Positions 29,697 to 40,582 of a stretch of DNA of 64,000 nt are shown one piece after another. The DNA is from Paludibacteraceae bacterium (GTDB taxonomy: Bacteria > Bacteroidota > Bacteroidia > Bacteroidales > Paludibacteraceae), in NCBI GenBank assembly GCA_017647145.1, contig JAGCLD010000034.1:28838-92837 (forward strand), written 5' to 3'. The position numbers and the translations under genes are program-made. A model generated the notes under the pieces. That model was not told the DNA's origin. It did not search any database and was given only the letters and a program-made list of their open reading frames with translations. Position 1 is the first letter of the stretch. The number at the start of each line of letters is the position of its first letter.

Positions 29697-30245
29697 TTAG
29701 ATGAGGAAGTTTTGTGGTATTTTACCTTTTATGTCTTTGTAGAAAAGCTTGATTTTTTGCATGTCGGCTTCGACATCTCCAGTGATGTGGAAATTAGTAG
29801 CGATACCGACTTCTTTCTTTGTGTAGTCAATGTAGGCTAATTGGATGGGTACGGCTGCTTTTTGTGCGATGTAGTAGAATCCTTTTTTCCATTCAGCATT
29901 AGGTTTGCGTGTTCCCTCTGGTGTGATGGCCAGATGAAACTCTTCAGAATTTACAAATCGTTGTGCTAATTGGTCGGTGATGGAGTTCTTTTTGTTTCTA
30001 TCAATAGGTACTCCTCCAATAGCCTTGAAGAAATAGCCCAATGGAAAGAAAAACCACTCTTTTTTCATGAAGAAACTTGCTTTTCTGCCAACAGCAGAGT
30101 AATAGAGTTTTCCGATGATAAAGTCCCAATTACTGGTGTGAGGAGCAACGCAGATGACGCATTTTTTTTCTTTTGGTGCGCTATCTATGAGTGTCCATCC
30201 AGCGGCTTTTAGAATCCATTGGCTTATTTTCTTCATATTTGACAA
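29697..30245 (-). CDS. Lysophospholipid (1-acyl-glycerol-3-phosphate type) acyltransferase
   Basis: H(X)4D motif HTSNWD and the PEGTR block. Confidence 0.75.
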   Translation of the reverse strand: MSNMKKISQWILKAAGWTLIDSAPKEKKCVICVAPHTSNWDFIIGKLYYSAVGRKASFFMKKEWFFFPLGYFFKAIGGVPIDRNKKNSITDQLAQRFVNSEEFHLAITPEGTRKPNAEWKKGFYYIAQKAAVPIQLAYIDYTKKEVGIATNFHITGDVEADMQKIKLFYKDIKGKIPQNFLI

Positions 30246-30255
30246 TTATTGTGGG

Positions 30256-31242
30256 TTATTTTTTGTTTTTACCGGTTGTTCCTGCCGCAGGTTTAGCTAT
30301 AGCGTCGCGCATGTTTGTATCGGCTTCTATATTGCGCATTTTATAGTAATCCATAATGCCTAAATTACCACTTCTAAACGCTTCAGCCATTGCTTGTGGC
30401 ACTTCAGCTTCGGCTTCAATCACTTTTGCTCTAGCTTCTTGTGCTCTAGCTTTCATTTCTTGTTCTAAAGCAACCGCCATAGCTCTTCTTTCTTCCGCCT
30501 TTGCTTGAGCGATATTCTTATCAGCTTCGGCTTGGTCAATTTGTAGTTGCGCTCCGATGTTTCTACCTATGTCGATGTCTGCAATATCAATGGATAGAAT
30601 TTCAAATGCTGTTCCGGCATCTAATCCTTTTCGTAATACCAGTTTGGAGATAGAATCAGGGTTTTCTAATACAGATTTGTGTGAATCGCTTGAACCAATG
30701 GATGAGACGATACCTTCTCCAACGCGTGCAAGGATGGTGTCTTCACCGGCACCTCCCACTAATTGTTTAATGTTAGCGCGCACTGTGACACGTGCTTTAG
30801 CGATTAATTGGATACCATCTTTGGCTACTGCTGTTACCGGTGGTGTGTCAATCACTTTTGGGTTGACAGACATCTGTACGGCTTCAAATACGTCACGTCC
30901 AGCTAAATCGATAGCTGTTGCCATGTGGAAACTGAGATCAATATTAGCTTTGTTAGCCGAGACTAATGCATGAACAACGCGTTCGATGTTTCCGCCGGCT
31001 AAGTAATGCGCTTCTAATCCATCTCGCTTTACATCGTTCAGTCCAGCTTTGTGTGCCTCAATCATACATGCAACAATCTTGTGTGGAGGGACCTTACGGA
31101 TACGCATCAAGAATAATTGAATCAATGAAATGCTCACTCCAGATACTTTTGCTGATACCCATAATAGGAAGGGTACATAATAGAAGAACACGATGAGTGC
31201 GATTGCAAGAAGTGCAAAAAGGATGATTTCAAATACTAACAT
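30256..31242 (-). CDS. floA: Flotillin-like protein FloA (SPFH family)
   Basis: N-terminal TM hairpin, an SPFH core, and an Ala/Glu-rich coiled C-terminus ([36 protein letters not shown]). Confidence 0.85.
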   Translation of the reverse strand: MLVFEIILFALLAIALIVFFYYVPFLLWVSAKVSGVSISLIQLFLMRIRKVPPHKIVACMIEAHKAGLNDVKRDGLEAHYLAGGNIERVVHALVSANKANIDLSFHMATAIDLAGRDVFEAVQMSVNPKVIDTPPVTAVAKDGIQLIAKARVTVRANIKQLVGGAGEDTILARVGEGIVSSIGSSDSHKSVLENPDSISKLVLRKGLDAGTAFEILSIDIADIDIGRNIGAQLQIDQAEADKNIAQAKAEERRAMAVALEQEMKARAQEARAKVIEAEAEVPQAMAEAFRSGNLGIMDYYKMRNIEADTNMRDAIAKPAAGTTGKNKK

Positions 31243-31263
31243 AATGAATTGGTTTTATTGTGA

Positions 31264-31728
31264 TTATTCAATGTTGGTTACTTGTAGAACGTTACCTTCA
31301 ATTCCGATAACTTTTACACGAGTGGCTTCTTCAATAAATCCACTCATGGACTTACATTCGTAGTTGGTGTTGGCTATTCTCACGTTTCCCATAGGAGCAA
31401 GTCGTGAGGTGGTGATACCTTCTGTGCCTATTTCCACTTGGTTGTTAATAAGGTTGACTTGAGAGTCAATGTTGGTGGTGAGTGACATTCGGTCAAGTGT
31501 GCGTGCTTTTAGGAAATAATAAATACCTAATGCTACAATGGCCAATGCTATGAACAATGTTATGTGTCCTGCTAATGCTCCTAAGAATGTGTAAGCTGCA
31601 TAAACAGCTCCTCCTAATGATAGAAATCCGCATATTCCAGCAATGGATAGCCCCGGGATGAGGAATAGTTCAAGAAGAATAAGCGCTAATCCGGCAACTA
31701 ATAGTAATATGATAACTGCAATGTTCAT
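31264..31728 (-). CDS. NfeD-family membrane protein
   Basis: Three N-terminal TM helices plus a C-terminal OB-fold-like soluble domain. Immediately upstream of floA. Confidence 0.75.
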   Translation of the reverse strand: MNIAVIILLLVAGLALILLELFLIPGLSIAGICGFLSLGGAVYAAYTFLGALAGHITLFIALAIVALGIYYFLKARTLDRMSLTTNIDSQVNLINNQVEIGTEGITTSRLAPMGNVRIANTNYECKSMSGFIEEATRVKVIGIEGNVLQVTNIE

Positions 31729-31839
31729 ATTGTTTGTGAGTTTAACTAATGAGTATTATTAATTTGCTTTCTACTTACAAAGATAAGTTATTTGTTGCTA
31801 ACAAGCAAGAGTTGAGTAGGCGTGTGGCTGTTGTCTCTA

Positions 31840-32718
31840 TTACTTGCTGTATGTTAAGGATTTTAATTGGAACTTTACTTTGTATTTTCTTTCGGGGTTT
31901 GCAACGGATGCTTCGCTCTTATAGTAAGCGTACCAATCTTTAGTTCCATAACCTGCTAATTTGAAACTTTTGACCATATCAGGTTCAATAGTAATGTGTT
32001 TTGTGAAATCTTGATAATCAAGCATGTTGCCTTTCATATCATAATATAGTAAGCGACCAGTGATACTATTAATGGTGTGAGTTGTGTTGTTTTTTAGGGA
32101 TATGCTGGCTTCGGATTGGTAGGAATCGTGTGTGTAGTGAGTTAATGTTACGTCGTTTTCGTTGATGGATGTGTTTACCTTTGATGTGGCTATGGCATCA
32201 GATTGCTCGGTGGTGCTTGAGCCGGTGTTGGTGCTTGCGGTAGTGACACTTGCTTTGTAGCTCGTAGTGGAGGTTTGTTGTCTGACAGCCGTTTGACTGC
32301 TACTCATGCTGCTTTGCGATGCAACTGTTTTCTGACTGCTATAAGAAGATTTGGCAACAGTCTTTTTTAATTGATAGAACTCGCTTTTCAGGGTGGTGAT
32401 TTCTGCTTGCATGGTGTGGACTGTTGCTTTGAGTGTTGCAACTTCTTTTTGATGTTTGTTCCACTCGGCAGTTGTCATTGTAATTTGTCCTGTTGCTTGT
32501 GTTTCGTTTGTGGGCTCAGTGATTTCTACCTCCGTGAGATATTCTTCAGGAGTAGTAACAGTATCTGTTGCGAGGTTTTCTTCAGTGGTAACAGAGCGGA
32601 CTGACCGGCGTTGAGAGAAATATTTATACGCAAATATGCCGAGCGATGCTATTATGACAACTATAATGAGGATACTTAATAGATCCTGCAAATGACTTTT
32701 TGACTTGTTTTCTTCCAT
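31840..32718 (-). CDS. Membrane-anchored protein with a coiled coil, an S/T-rich linker, and a C-terminal domain shared with 3182..3652
   Basis: TM helix LSILIIVVIIASLGIFAY, a heptad-like segment (ATLKATVHTMQAEITTLKSEFYQLKK), a long Ser/Thr tract, then the YYDMKGNMLDYQDFT domain. Confidence 0.6.
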   Translation of the reverse strand: MEENKSKSHLQDLLSILIIVVIIASLGIFAYKYFSQRRSVRSVTTEENLATDTVTTPEEYLTEVEITEPTNETQATGQITMTTAEWNKHQKEVATLKATVHTMQAEITTLKSEFYQLKKTVAKSSYSSQKTVASQSSMSSSQTAVRQQTSTTSYKASVTTASTNTGSSTTEQSDAIATSKVNTSINENDVTLTHYTHDSYQSEASISLKNNTTHTINSITGRLLYYDMKGNMLDYQDFTKHITIEPDMVKSFKLAGYGTKDWYAYYKSEASVANPERKYKVKFQLKSLTYSK

Positions 32719-33020
32719 ATCTTTTGTGTATTTGTATCGGTGATTTGAGGATTTAATGATAATTTGAGCGCAAGTTACTATTTTTTTTCTAAATGGACGA
32801 TAGAATGTGCTAAATAAATTCGTTTTGCTGTGTGTAAAAAATATATTGGCGTCTGATAATAATTGGAGTCGGTATATAAGTGTGTCTTCATCGCAGTATT
32901 TATGCGATGGAGTTTTCTTTTTTTAAATTTAAACTTCCTTATAAAGAAATAGGTTAGTTGTGAGGTGAATGTTGCGTCTAAGATTATTCTATTTTCTTTG
33001 TCTTAATAATTAATCTTATG

Positions 33021-33075
33021 CTTATCCTTGCTGAATAGCCTACTAATAGCCTACTAATAACCTACTAGGGTCAGG
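33021..33075 (+). repeat. 11-bp-period tandem array, locus D (short)
   Basis: CTGAATAGCCTA, CTAATAGCCTA, CTAATAACCTA and CTAGGGTCAGG, followed by a G/T-rich tail to about 33140. Confidence 0.85.
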
Positions 33076-33189
33076 AGGTTTGCGTGTGTGAGAAGTTTGT
33101 GAAATCCGTTGTGAGATGCGGAGGCGCAGGTTGTGAAATGTAGATTAGTAGTGGTTAGAAGTTGTTTTGTGGGATAGTAATATGTTTTT

Positions 33190-36030
33190 TTATATGAGTT
33201 CTTTTAAGAATTCTCCGGTGATACTGTTGGGGTTGTTGGCTATTTCGGAGGGTGTTCCTGTGGCGATGATTTGTCCACCGTTTTTTCCACCTTCCGGTCC
33301 CATGTCAATGATGTGGTCGGCGCATTTAATGACATCGAGGTTGTGCTCGATGATGAGTATGGTGTTTCCTTTGTCGGCAAGTTTGTGGAGCACGTCGAGT
33401 AGCACTCTGATGTCTTCAAAATGTAGTCCTGTGGTTGGTTCGTCGAGTATGTATAATGTTTTTCCGGTGTCTCTTTTGGATAGTTCTGTGGCTAATTTTA
33501 CTCGTTGGCTTTCGCCGCCGGAGAGGGTTGTGCTAGGTTGTCCGAGTTTGATGTATCCTAATCCTACTTCCTGCAGTGTTTTTATTTTTCGGATGATTGT
33601 GGGTTGGTTTTCAAAGAATTCTACTGCTTGATTGATGGTCATGTCGAGTACATCAGCAATGCTTTTTCCTTTGAAACGCACTTCGAGTGTTTCTCGGTTG
33701 TATCTTTTTCCTGCACATATTTCGCATGGTACGTAAACGTCGGGCAGGAAGTTCATTTCAATGGTTTTGTATCCGTTTCCACCGCATGTTTCGCATCTTC
33801 CTCCTGCTGTGTTGAATGAGAATCGTCCGGGTTTGTATCCTCTGATTTTGGCTTCGGGTAGTGATGTGAAAAGGTTTCTTATTTCGTTGAATACTCCTGT
33901 GTAGGTTGCGGGATTGGAGCGTGGTGTTCGTCCGATGGGGCTTTGGTCCATTTGTACTACCTTGTCGATGTGTTCGATGCCTTCTATGCGTTCGTAGGGT
34001 AGTGGTTGTTGTGTAGAACGATAGAAATGTTGGCTCAGAATTGGGTGGAGTGTGGAGTTGATGAGTGTGGATTTTCCGCTACCTGACACTCCTGTGACGC
34101 ATATTATTTTTCCTAAGGGAATTTCTAAATCTACGTGTTTGAGGTTGTTGCCTGTGGCTCCGTATAGGTGTATTGTGTGCCCGTTTCCTATTCGTGTGTT
34201 TGTTTTGGGTTGTATCTTGATTTGTTGGTTTAGATATTTGGCAGTGAGTGTGTTGCTCTGTAGCATCTGGGTGGGAGTGCCTGCAAATACAACTTCTCCG
34301 CCTAATCTTCCTGCGTGTGGACCAAGGTCGATGACGTAGTCGGCTTCTCTCATCATGCTTTCGTCGTGTTCAACGACGATTACTGTGTTGCCAGCGTCTC
34401 GCAGGTTTTTTAGAGAATGTATAAGCTTGATGTTGTCACGTTGGTGTAGTCCGATGCTCGGTTCGTCGAGTATGTAGAGTACATTAACGAGGTCGGAACC
34501 GATTTGTGTAGCGAGTCTAATTCGTTGGCTTTCACCTCCTGATAGGCTTTGCGAGCTTCGGTTGAGTGAAAGGTATTGTAGTCCAACGTTGAGCATGAAT
34601 TGGAGGCGACTTCGTATTTCTTTGAGTATTTCGGCTGCGATTTTTTGTTGCCTTGCGTTTAGTGTTGGTTCTACTTGGTCGATATATTCCATGAGGTCAG
34701 TGATGTCCATGGATGCCATTTCGGCTATATTTTTTGTTCCGATTCGGAAGTGTAGGGCTTCTTTTCTGAGTCTTGCTCCTTGACATTCGGGACATGTGAC
34801 TTCGTGCGCGTATTGGCTGAATTGTTTGATTTCCATTGCACTTCCGGCATTTTCTTGTTCGGCTTTGAGGTGGTTGATGATGCCTTCGTAGCGCACGAAA
34901 TAGTTGGAGTTACCTAAGGCGGCATTTTTTATGTGAATTGATTCTCCTGTTCCGTATAGAATGGCTTGTAGTGCTTCTTCGGGTAGGTCGCAGATGGGTG
35001 TTTTTATGTTGCATCCGTGTTGTTCGAGTATGCTTTCGATTTGCCAGAATATGGTTGTGTTACGATATTTTCCGAGGGGTTCAATGCCACCACTGTATAT
35101 GCTGATTTTTTTATCAGGGATGACTTTGTTGATGTCAATTTGGTCGATTAGACCAAGTCCTTGACAATGTGGACATGCGCCTTGTGGCGAATTGAATGAG
35201 AAATTGTGTGGTGCGGGTTCGTTGTAGGATATGCCAGATGTGGGGCACATGAGTGATCGACTAAAGAAGCGTGTTTCTTCTTGTCCGTGTTCAATGATCA
35301 TGATGATGCCATTTCCTTGTTGCATGGCTTTCGCTACGGATTCTTTGAGTCGTTTTCTGTCTTTTTCATTGACTTGCAACTTGTCTATAACGACTTCTAT
35401 ATCGTGGTTTTTATATCTGTCGACACGCATGCCGAATGTGAGTTCGTGTATTTCACCGTCAACCCTGACATTCATGTATCCTTTTTTTCGTATTTGTTCG
35501 AAAAGTTCTTTGTAGTGTCCTTTTCTGTTGCGCACGAGTGGTGCGAGCAGGTATATGCGTTTTCCTTCGTAGTCTTTGATTATGAGGTCAATGATTTGTT
35601 CTTCGCTGTATTTTATCATGGGTTCGCCAGTGATGTAGGAATAGGCAACTCCGGCTCGTGCGAAGAGTAGGCGCAAATAGTCGTATATTTCAGTGGTGGT
35701 TCCTACGGTGGAACGTGGGTTTTTGTTGGTTGTTTTTTGTTCGATTGATATGACAGGGCTTAGTCCGCTGATTTTGTCAACGTCAGGGCGTTCTAATGCA
35801 CCGAGAAATCCTCTGGCGTATGCGGAGAATGTTTCTATGTAGCGTCTTTGTCCTTCTGCGTAGATTGTGTCAAAAGCGAGTGATGATTTTCCACTTCCGC
35901 TGAGACCTGTGATAACAGTGAGTGAGTTGCGTGGGATGCTTACATCAATGTTTTTTAGGTTGTGTACGCGTGCTCCTATAACGTCAATTTGTTCGGTTTC
36001 TATTATTGGTGTATTGGATAGTTCTGACAT
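33190..36030 (-). CDS. uvrA: Excinuclease ABC subunit A
   Basis: 946 aa with two ABC modules ([18 protein letters not shown]) and zinc-finger Cys pairs. Confidence 0.95.
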   Translation of the reverse strand: MSELSNTPIIETEQIDVIGARVHNLKNIDVSIPRNSLTVITGLSGSGKSSLAFDTIYAEGQRRYIETFSAYARGFLGALERPDVDKISGLSPVISIEQKTTNKNPRSTVGTTTEIYDYLRLLFARAGVAYSYITGEPMIKYSEEQIIDLIIKDYEGKRIYLLAPLVRNRKGHYKELFEQIRKKGYMNVRVDGEIHELTFGMRVDRYKNHDIEVVIDKLQVNEKDRKRLKESVAKAMQQGNGIIMIIEHGQEETRFFSRSLMCPTSGISYNEPAPHNFSFNSPQGACPHCQGLGLIDQIDINKVIPDKKISIYSGGIEPLGKYRNTTIFWQIESILEQHGCNIKTPICDLPEEALQAILYGTGESIHIKNAALGNSNYFVRYEGIINHLKAEQENAGSAMEIKQFSQYAHEVTCPECQGARLRKEALHFRIGTKNIAEMASMDITDLMEYIDQVEPTLNARQQKIAAEILKEIRSRLQFMLNVGLQYLSLNRSSQSLSGGESQRIRLATQIGSDLVNVLYILDEPSIGLHQRDNIKLIHSLKNLRDAGNTVIVVEHDESMMREADYVIDLGPHAGRLGGEVVFAGTPTQMLQSNTLTAKYLNQQIKIQPKTNTRIGNGHTIHLYGATGNNLKHVDLEIPLGKIICVTGVSGSGKSTLINSTLHPILSQHFYRSTQQPLPYERIEGIEHIDKVVQMDQSPIGRTPRSNPATYTGVFNEIRNLFTSLPEAKIRGYKPGRFSFNTAGGRCETCGGNGYKTIEMNFLPDVYVPCEICAGKRYNRETLEVRFKGKSIADVLDMTINQAVEFFENQPTIIRKIKTLQEVGLGYIKLGQPSTTLSGGESQRVKLATELSKRDTGKTLYILDEPTTGLHFEDIRVLLDVLHKLADKGNTILIIEHNLDVIKCADHIIDMGPEGGKNGGQIIATGTPSEIANNPNSITGEFLKELI

Positions 36031-36057
36031 GTGATATGAGTCTATGGTGGCGTTGAG

Positions 36058-36996
36058 TTAAAGGTTGTTTTTTTCGTAGGCTTCCACGATGCGTTGTACT
36101 AATTTGTGGCGCACAATATCTTCTTTTGCGAAGACTACTTTTGCTATTCCTTTGACCTCTTTGAGCACCTCGAACGCTTCGGCTAATCCTGAGCGTTGGT
36201 GTTGTGGTAGGTCAATTTGTGTCATGTCGCCAGTGACAATAATCTTTGAGTTTAGTCCCATTCTTGTGAGGAACATTTTGATTTGTTGTGTTGTGGTGTT
36301 TTGTGCTTCGTCAAGAATTACTACAGCGTCGCTCAATGTTCTACCTCGCATGAAGGCTAATGGTGCTATTTGTATGGTTCCGTTTGTGAGGTAGTCTTGG
36401 AGTTTTGCTCCAGGAATCATGTCTTGTAGTGCGTCGTATAGGGGTTGTAAGTAGGGGTCAATTTTTTCTTTCATGTCACCCGGCAGAAAACCTAATTTTT
36501 CTCCGGCTTCAACTGCCGGTCTGCTGAGTATTATTCTCCTTATTTCCTTGTTTTTTAATGCTTTGACAGCGAGTGCGATGGCTGTGTATGTTTTTCCGGA
36601 ACCGGCAGGTCCGATAGCGAACAGGAGGTCGTTGCGGGTGAATTCTTTGACTAATTTTTGTTGATTTGCGGTGCGTGCGATGATGGATTTACCGTTGACA
36701 CCATGAAGAATAAGGTTGTCAATGACGCGGTTGCCTTCTGTGTTGTCACCGGTGAAGAATGCTCTGATGGTGTCTTCGTTGAGAGTGTTGTAGTGTAGGC
36801 AATGTTGTTCTATTTTTTGCAGGTGTTTTACGCAGCGTGTTATATCAGCTTCATTGCCGCTGATTTTTAACATCACTCCTCTTCCGATGAGTTTGACTGC
36901 AGGATGTAATGCTTTTATTAATAGTATATTTGCGTTGTTTACACCATAAAAAAGAGTGGTGTCAGTGTTGTCTGATAATTCGTAAATCGATTCCAT
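36058..36996 (-). CDS. phoH: PhoH-family ATPase
   Basis: Walker A GPAGSGKTY and the ILDEAQN block. Confidence 0.9.
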   Translation of the reverse strand: MESIYELSDNTDTTLFYGVNNANILLIKALHPAVKLIGRGVMLKISGNEADITRCVKHLQKIEQHCLHYNTLNEDTIRAFFTGDNTEGNRVIDNLILHGVNGKSIIARTANQQKLVKEFTRNDLLFAIGPAGSGKTYTAIALAVKALKNKEIRRIILSRPAVEAGEKLGFLPGDMKEKIDPYLQPLYDALQDMIPGAKLQDYLTNGTIQIAPLAFMRGRTLSDAVVILDEAQNTTTQQIKMFLTRMGLNSKIIVTGDMTQIDLPQHQRSGLAEAFEVLKEVKGIAKVVFAKEDIVRHKLVQRIVEAYEKNNL

Positions 36997-37021
36997 ATAC
37001 CCCTTGTTTTGAGTTAGCTGA

Positions 37022-37029
37022 CAAAGTTA
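37022..37029 (-). promoter_or_regulatory. -7 promoter box (TAacTTTG on the minus strand) for phoH
   Basis: CAAAGTTA on the plus strand, 26 nt upstream of the phoH start. Confidence 0.5.
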
Positions 37030-37155
37030 CGGCTTTATTTTTGAATAAGCTATAAAGTGATTGGAATGTTCTCTGTCTCTTCCGTAAAAACGAGAAAAAA
37101 GCAGTGATGAAGTAAAAAAAATGTGTAAAAGTTTTCTAATCAGAAATTAAAGCCG

Positions 37156-37163
37156 TATATTTG
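37156..37163 (+). promoter_or_regulatory. -7 promoter box TAtaTTTG for the HU gene
   Basis: Exact motif 70 nt upstream of the ATG at 37233. Confidence 0.55.
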
Positions 37164-37232
37164 CAACCCATTTTCGGATAAGCAAATAGGTAATAAAAAA
37201 ATAATTTAGTAATTAACTTAATTTACACAACA

Positions 37233-37505
37233 ATGACAAAAGCTGAAATTGTAAATGAAATTGCCAGAAATACTGGAGTTGACAAAGCAACAGTTCTTAC
37301 TACTGTTGAAGCTTTTATGGAAGCAGTGAAGGATTCTTTGGCAAAGAATGAGAATGTTTATTTGAGAGGATTTGGTAGCTTTATTGTGAAAACCAGAGCT
37401 AAAAAAACTGCTCGTAACATTTCAAAGAACACTACAATCATTATTCCAGAGCACAACATTCCTGCTTTTAAGCCAGCGAAGACTTTCCTTTCACAAGTGA
37501 AATAA
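37233..37505 (+). CDS. hup: HU-family DNA-binding protein
   Basis: 90 aa with the HU/IHF fold pattern (MTKAEIVNEIA...LRGFGSF...ARNISKN). Confidence 0.9.
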   Translation: MTKAEIVNEIARNTGVDKATVLTTVEAFMEAVKDSLAKNENVYLRGFGSFIVKTRAKKTARNISKNTTIIIPEHNIPAFKPAKTFLSQVK

Positions 37506-37542
37506 TGAATTAAGAAACAACTATTTAAAAACTATCAATATT

Positions 37543-37632
37543 ATGCCAAACGGAAAGAAACATAAGAGACATAAAATGTCCACGCACAAGCGTAAAAAAA
37601 GATTACGTAAGAACAGACATAAGAAAAAATAA
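37543..37632 (+). CDS. 29-aa highly basic peptide, candidate ribosomal protein bS22-like (too short for the ORF track)
   Basis: ATG at 37543 to TAA at 37630-37632 encodes MPNGKKHKRHKMSTHKRKKRLRKNRHKKK. It sits 38 nt after the hup stop and before a terminator hairpin. Confidence 0.5.
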   Translation: MPNGKKHKRHKMSTHKRKKRLRKNRHKKK

Positions 37633-37664
37633 TTCTTACGAATTCTAAATGGAAAATTGGCAAA

Positions 37665-37707
37665 AACAAGCTTATGAACCGAGCAAATGTTTGTAAGTTT
37701 GTTTTTT
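37665..37707 (+). terminator. Intrinsic terminator after the hup / small-ORF unit
   Basis: 10-bp stem AACAAGCTTA / TAAGTTTGTT (one G-U pair) with a 19-nt loop, followed by T6. Confidence 0.5.
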
Positions 37708-37797
37708 CCGTATTTAATAATCACGTTGCTTTGTGATGACTCTGCTTGAGTAGGCGTAAGGGCGGAGTTAATAAAGTGACATTAAAGAGAAAGAATA

Positions 37798-39354
37798 GTG
37801 AATAGCGAATTAGTGGTTGATGTTCAACCGAAAGAGGTTTCTATTGCGCTGCTCGAGAATGATAGGCTTGCGGAGATTAATAAGGAGACACGTGAGCAGA
37901 TCTACGCCGTTGGTAATATCTATTACGGAAGAGTTAAGAAGATAATGCCCGGATTGAACGCAGCGTTTGTGGACATTGGCTATGGGAAAGACGCTTTTTT
38001 ACACTATCTCGATTTAGGTTCAACATTTAATACGCTGAATGGGTATGTACAGCATGCGATGGAAGATAAGAAGAAAGTTCCTTCCATGGTACGTACTAAG
38101 CAACATGCAGATTTGCCCAAAGAGGGTATGATCTCAGATGTGTTGCAGGTGGGTCAGCAAATATTGGTTCAAGTAGCAAAAGAGCCGATATCCACCAAGG
38201 GCCCTCGTTTGACAGCAGAGATATCCATCGCGGGTCGTTACTTGGTGCTGATTCCTTTTGCTGATAAGGTGTCAGTTTCAGCCAAGATAGAGAGCGTGCA
38301 AGAACGAACTCGTCTGAAACAACTGATTCAGAGTGTGAAGCCCAAGGGTTATGGGGTGATCGTCAGAACAGTAGCTGAAGATAAAAAAGTAGCCGAGCTC
38401 AATAATGAATTACGAGTGTTGGTGAAAAGATGGGAAGACTCTGTGAGTAAATTACAGAAATCGAGTGGTATATCATTGATTACTGAGGAAATTGGACGTA
38501 CTATTGGTATTATACGTGATATTTTTAATCCTACCTTTCAACATATTCACGTTAATGACCAAGAGGTCTATGAAGAAATCAGGGATTACATTCGTTTGAT
38601 TGCCCCAGAAAGCGAGGGGATTGTATCGCTTTATGAAGGAGAATTGCCTATATTTGATAAGTTTGCCATTACCAAGCAACTTAAGTCGGGTTTAGGCAGA
38701 ACAGTATCCTTTAAAAATGGAGCTTATCTGATTATAGAACATACAGAAGCTCTGCATGTGATTGATGTAAATAGTGGAAACAGGTCGAAGGCGGGAAATG
38801 ATCAAGAAGCAAATGCTTTTGAAGTGAATATGGCTGCTGCAGACGAAATAGTACATCAGTTACGATTGAGAGATATGGGGGGGATAGTTGTGATTGATTT
38901 TATAGATATGCATACTGCTGAACACAAGCAAGAACTCTATGAACGTGTGAGGGAATTGATGTCTAATGATAGAGCTAAACACAATATTCTTCCTTTGAGT
39001 AAATTTGGATTGATGCAAATTACGCGTCAACGTGTGAGGCCGGTTATAGATGTTGATGTGACAGAAGTGTGTCCTGTGTGTCAAGGTAAAGGGAAAACAC
39101 AATCTACACTTTTGTTTGTGGATGAAGTGGAGCATATTTTAGCTTCCTATATACAACAATTTGGTAAAGGTATTACCATGTATGTCCATCCTTATGTGTG
39201 CGCCTACATTACTAAAGGATGGTGGAATTCCCTTAAACGACAGTGGAGAAGGAAGTATGGTAAGTTTAAGATACTTCCATCTGAAGAATTGGGACTTTTT
39301 TCCTATAAGTTGTATGACAAGAAAAAAAATGAATTGAAATTGTTGAACCAATAA
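37798..39354 (+). CDS. rng: Ribonuclease E/G family protein
   Basis: GTG start. S1 domain (GNIYYGRVKKIMPGLNAAFVDIG) and the catalytic core block HVIDVNSG. Confidence 0.9.
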   Translation: MNSELVVDVQPKEVSIALLENDRLAEINKETREQIYAVGNIYYGRVKKIMPGLNAAFVDIGYGKDAFLHYLDLGSTFNTLNGYVQHAMEDKKKVPSMVRTKQHADLPKEGMISDVLQVGQQILVQVAKEPISTKGPRLTAEISIAGRYLVLIPFADKVSVSAKIESVQERTRLKQLIQSVKPKGYGVIVRTVAEDKKVAELNNELRVLVKRWEDSVSKLQKSSGISLITEEIGRTIGIIRDIFNPTFQHIHVNDQEVYEEIRDYIRLIAPESEGIVSLYEGELPIFDKFAITKQLKSGLGRTVSFKNGAYLIIEHTEALHVIDVNSGNRSKAGNDQEANAFEVNMAAADEIVHQLRLRDMGGIVVIDFIDMHTAEHKQELYERVRELMSNDRAKHNILPLSKFGLMQITRQRVRPVIDVDVTEVCPVCQGKGKTQSTLLFVDEVEHILASYIQQFGKGITMYVHPYVCAYITKGWWNSLKRQWRRKYGKFKILPSEELGLFSYKLYDKKKNELKLLNQ

Positions 39355-39395
39355 ACATGAGAGGAGAGTAGAAAAGTACTTCTCTGACAGTCAAT

Positions 39396-39438
39396 AAAAA
39401 AAGAGGTCATTCTTGAAAGAATGGCCTCCTTTTTTTTG
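39396..39438. terminator. Bidirectional terminator between convergent rng and gcvT
   Basis: A7 run, a stem of 10-12 bp (GAGGTCATTC / GAATGGCCTC, one G-U pair), then a T8 run. Confidence 0.75.
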
Positions 39439-39460
39439 TTGTGTGTTTATTTGTTGCTTA

Positions 39461-40531
39461 CTACACTACGCGAGCTAAGATTTGTTTGTCACGAATTTTT
39501 ACATAGAATTCATTTCCAGCTTTCGCTAATGCTGTAGGTACATATCCCATACCGATACCGGTTTTTGTTCCTGGAAGCATAATACCTGAAGTGACAACAC
39601 CAATTTTTTCTCCTTCAGCATTTACAATGTCATAACCATGACGTGGAATACCTCTTTCTACTAATTCAAAACGAACTAAGCGACGAGTTGTTCCTTCTTG
39701 TTTTTGTTTCCATAGTAAGTCTCTATCGATGAAGTTTTTGCCTTCTGCAAACTTGGTAATCCATCCTAAACCAGCTTCAATAGGTGATGTGGTGTCGTCA
39801 ATGTCGTTGCCATACAAGCAGAATCCTTTTTCAAGACGCAAGCTATCGCGAGCTCCGAGTCCGATAGGTTTTAATCCGTATTCTTCGCCTACTTCAAAGA
39901 GGGCATCCCAAATTTGTTTTCCGTCTTCTGGGTTGAAATAAAGTTCAAAACCACCAGCTCCAGTGTATCCGGTGTTACTGATGATAACAGGGCGAGCTCC
40001 TGCAAATGTCCATTCTCTAAATGAATAGTATGGGATTTCGAAGAGATCAATGTCAGTTAATTTTTGCAACATTTCGGTTGCCTTAGGTCCTTGAACAGCT
40101 AATTGTGCCATGCGGTCAGAAGCGTTTTCAAGTGTTACACCTTCTGTGTTGTGTTCAACGCACCATTTCCAGTCTTTTTCAATGTTAGCTGCGTTGACTA
40201 CTAATAAGAATTTAGTAGTTGAATATTGATAAAGCAGGAAGTCGTCGATGATACCGCCTTTTCCGTTAGGGAAGCAAGTGTATTGTACTTTGCCAGGAGT
40301 GAGTTTAGATACGTCATTTGAGGTGATTTTTTGGAGATATTCCATGGCTCTTTCGCCTTTTACCCAAAATTCTCCCATGTGAGATACGTCAAACACACCA
40401 ACACCATTGCGTACGATAAGGTGTTCGTTGTTGATTCCCGTGGGATATTCAATAGGCATGTTATAGCCTGCAAATTCATGCATCTTTGCTCCTAAAGCAA
40501 TGTGGATGTCAGTAAATGGAGTAGTTTTCAT
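39461..40531 (-). CDS. gcvT: Glycine cleavage system aminomethyltransferase T
   Basis: 356 aa, full-length GcvT-like ([19 protein letters not shown]). Confidence 0.95.
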   Translation of the reverse strand: MKTTPFTDIHIALGAKMHEFAGYNMPIEYPTGINNEHLIVRNGVGVFDVSHMGEFWVKGERAMEYLQKITSNDVSKLTPGKVQYTCFPNGKGGIIDDFLLYQYSTTKFLLVVNAANIEKDWKWCVEHNTEGVTLENASDRMAQLAVQGPKATEMLQKLTDIDLFEIPYYSFREWTFAGARPVIISNTGYTGAGGFELYFNPEDGKQIWDALFEVGEEYGLKPIGLGARDSLRLEKGFCLYGNDIDDTTSPIEAGLGWITKFAEGKNFIDRDLLWKQKQEGTTRRLVRFELVERGIPRHGYDIVNAEGEKIGVVTSGIMLPGTKTGIGMGYVPTALAKAGNEFYVKIRDKQILARVV

Positions 40532-40582
40532 TTTTTATAAATTTGTTTGGTTAAGTAATTTATTCGTATGTGTTTTTATGTG

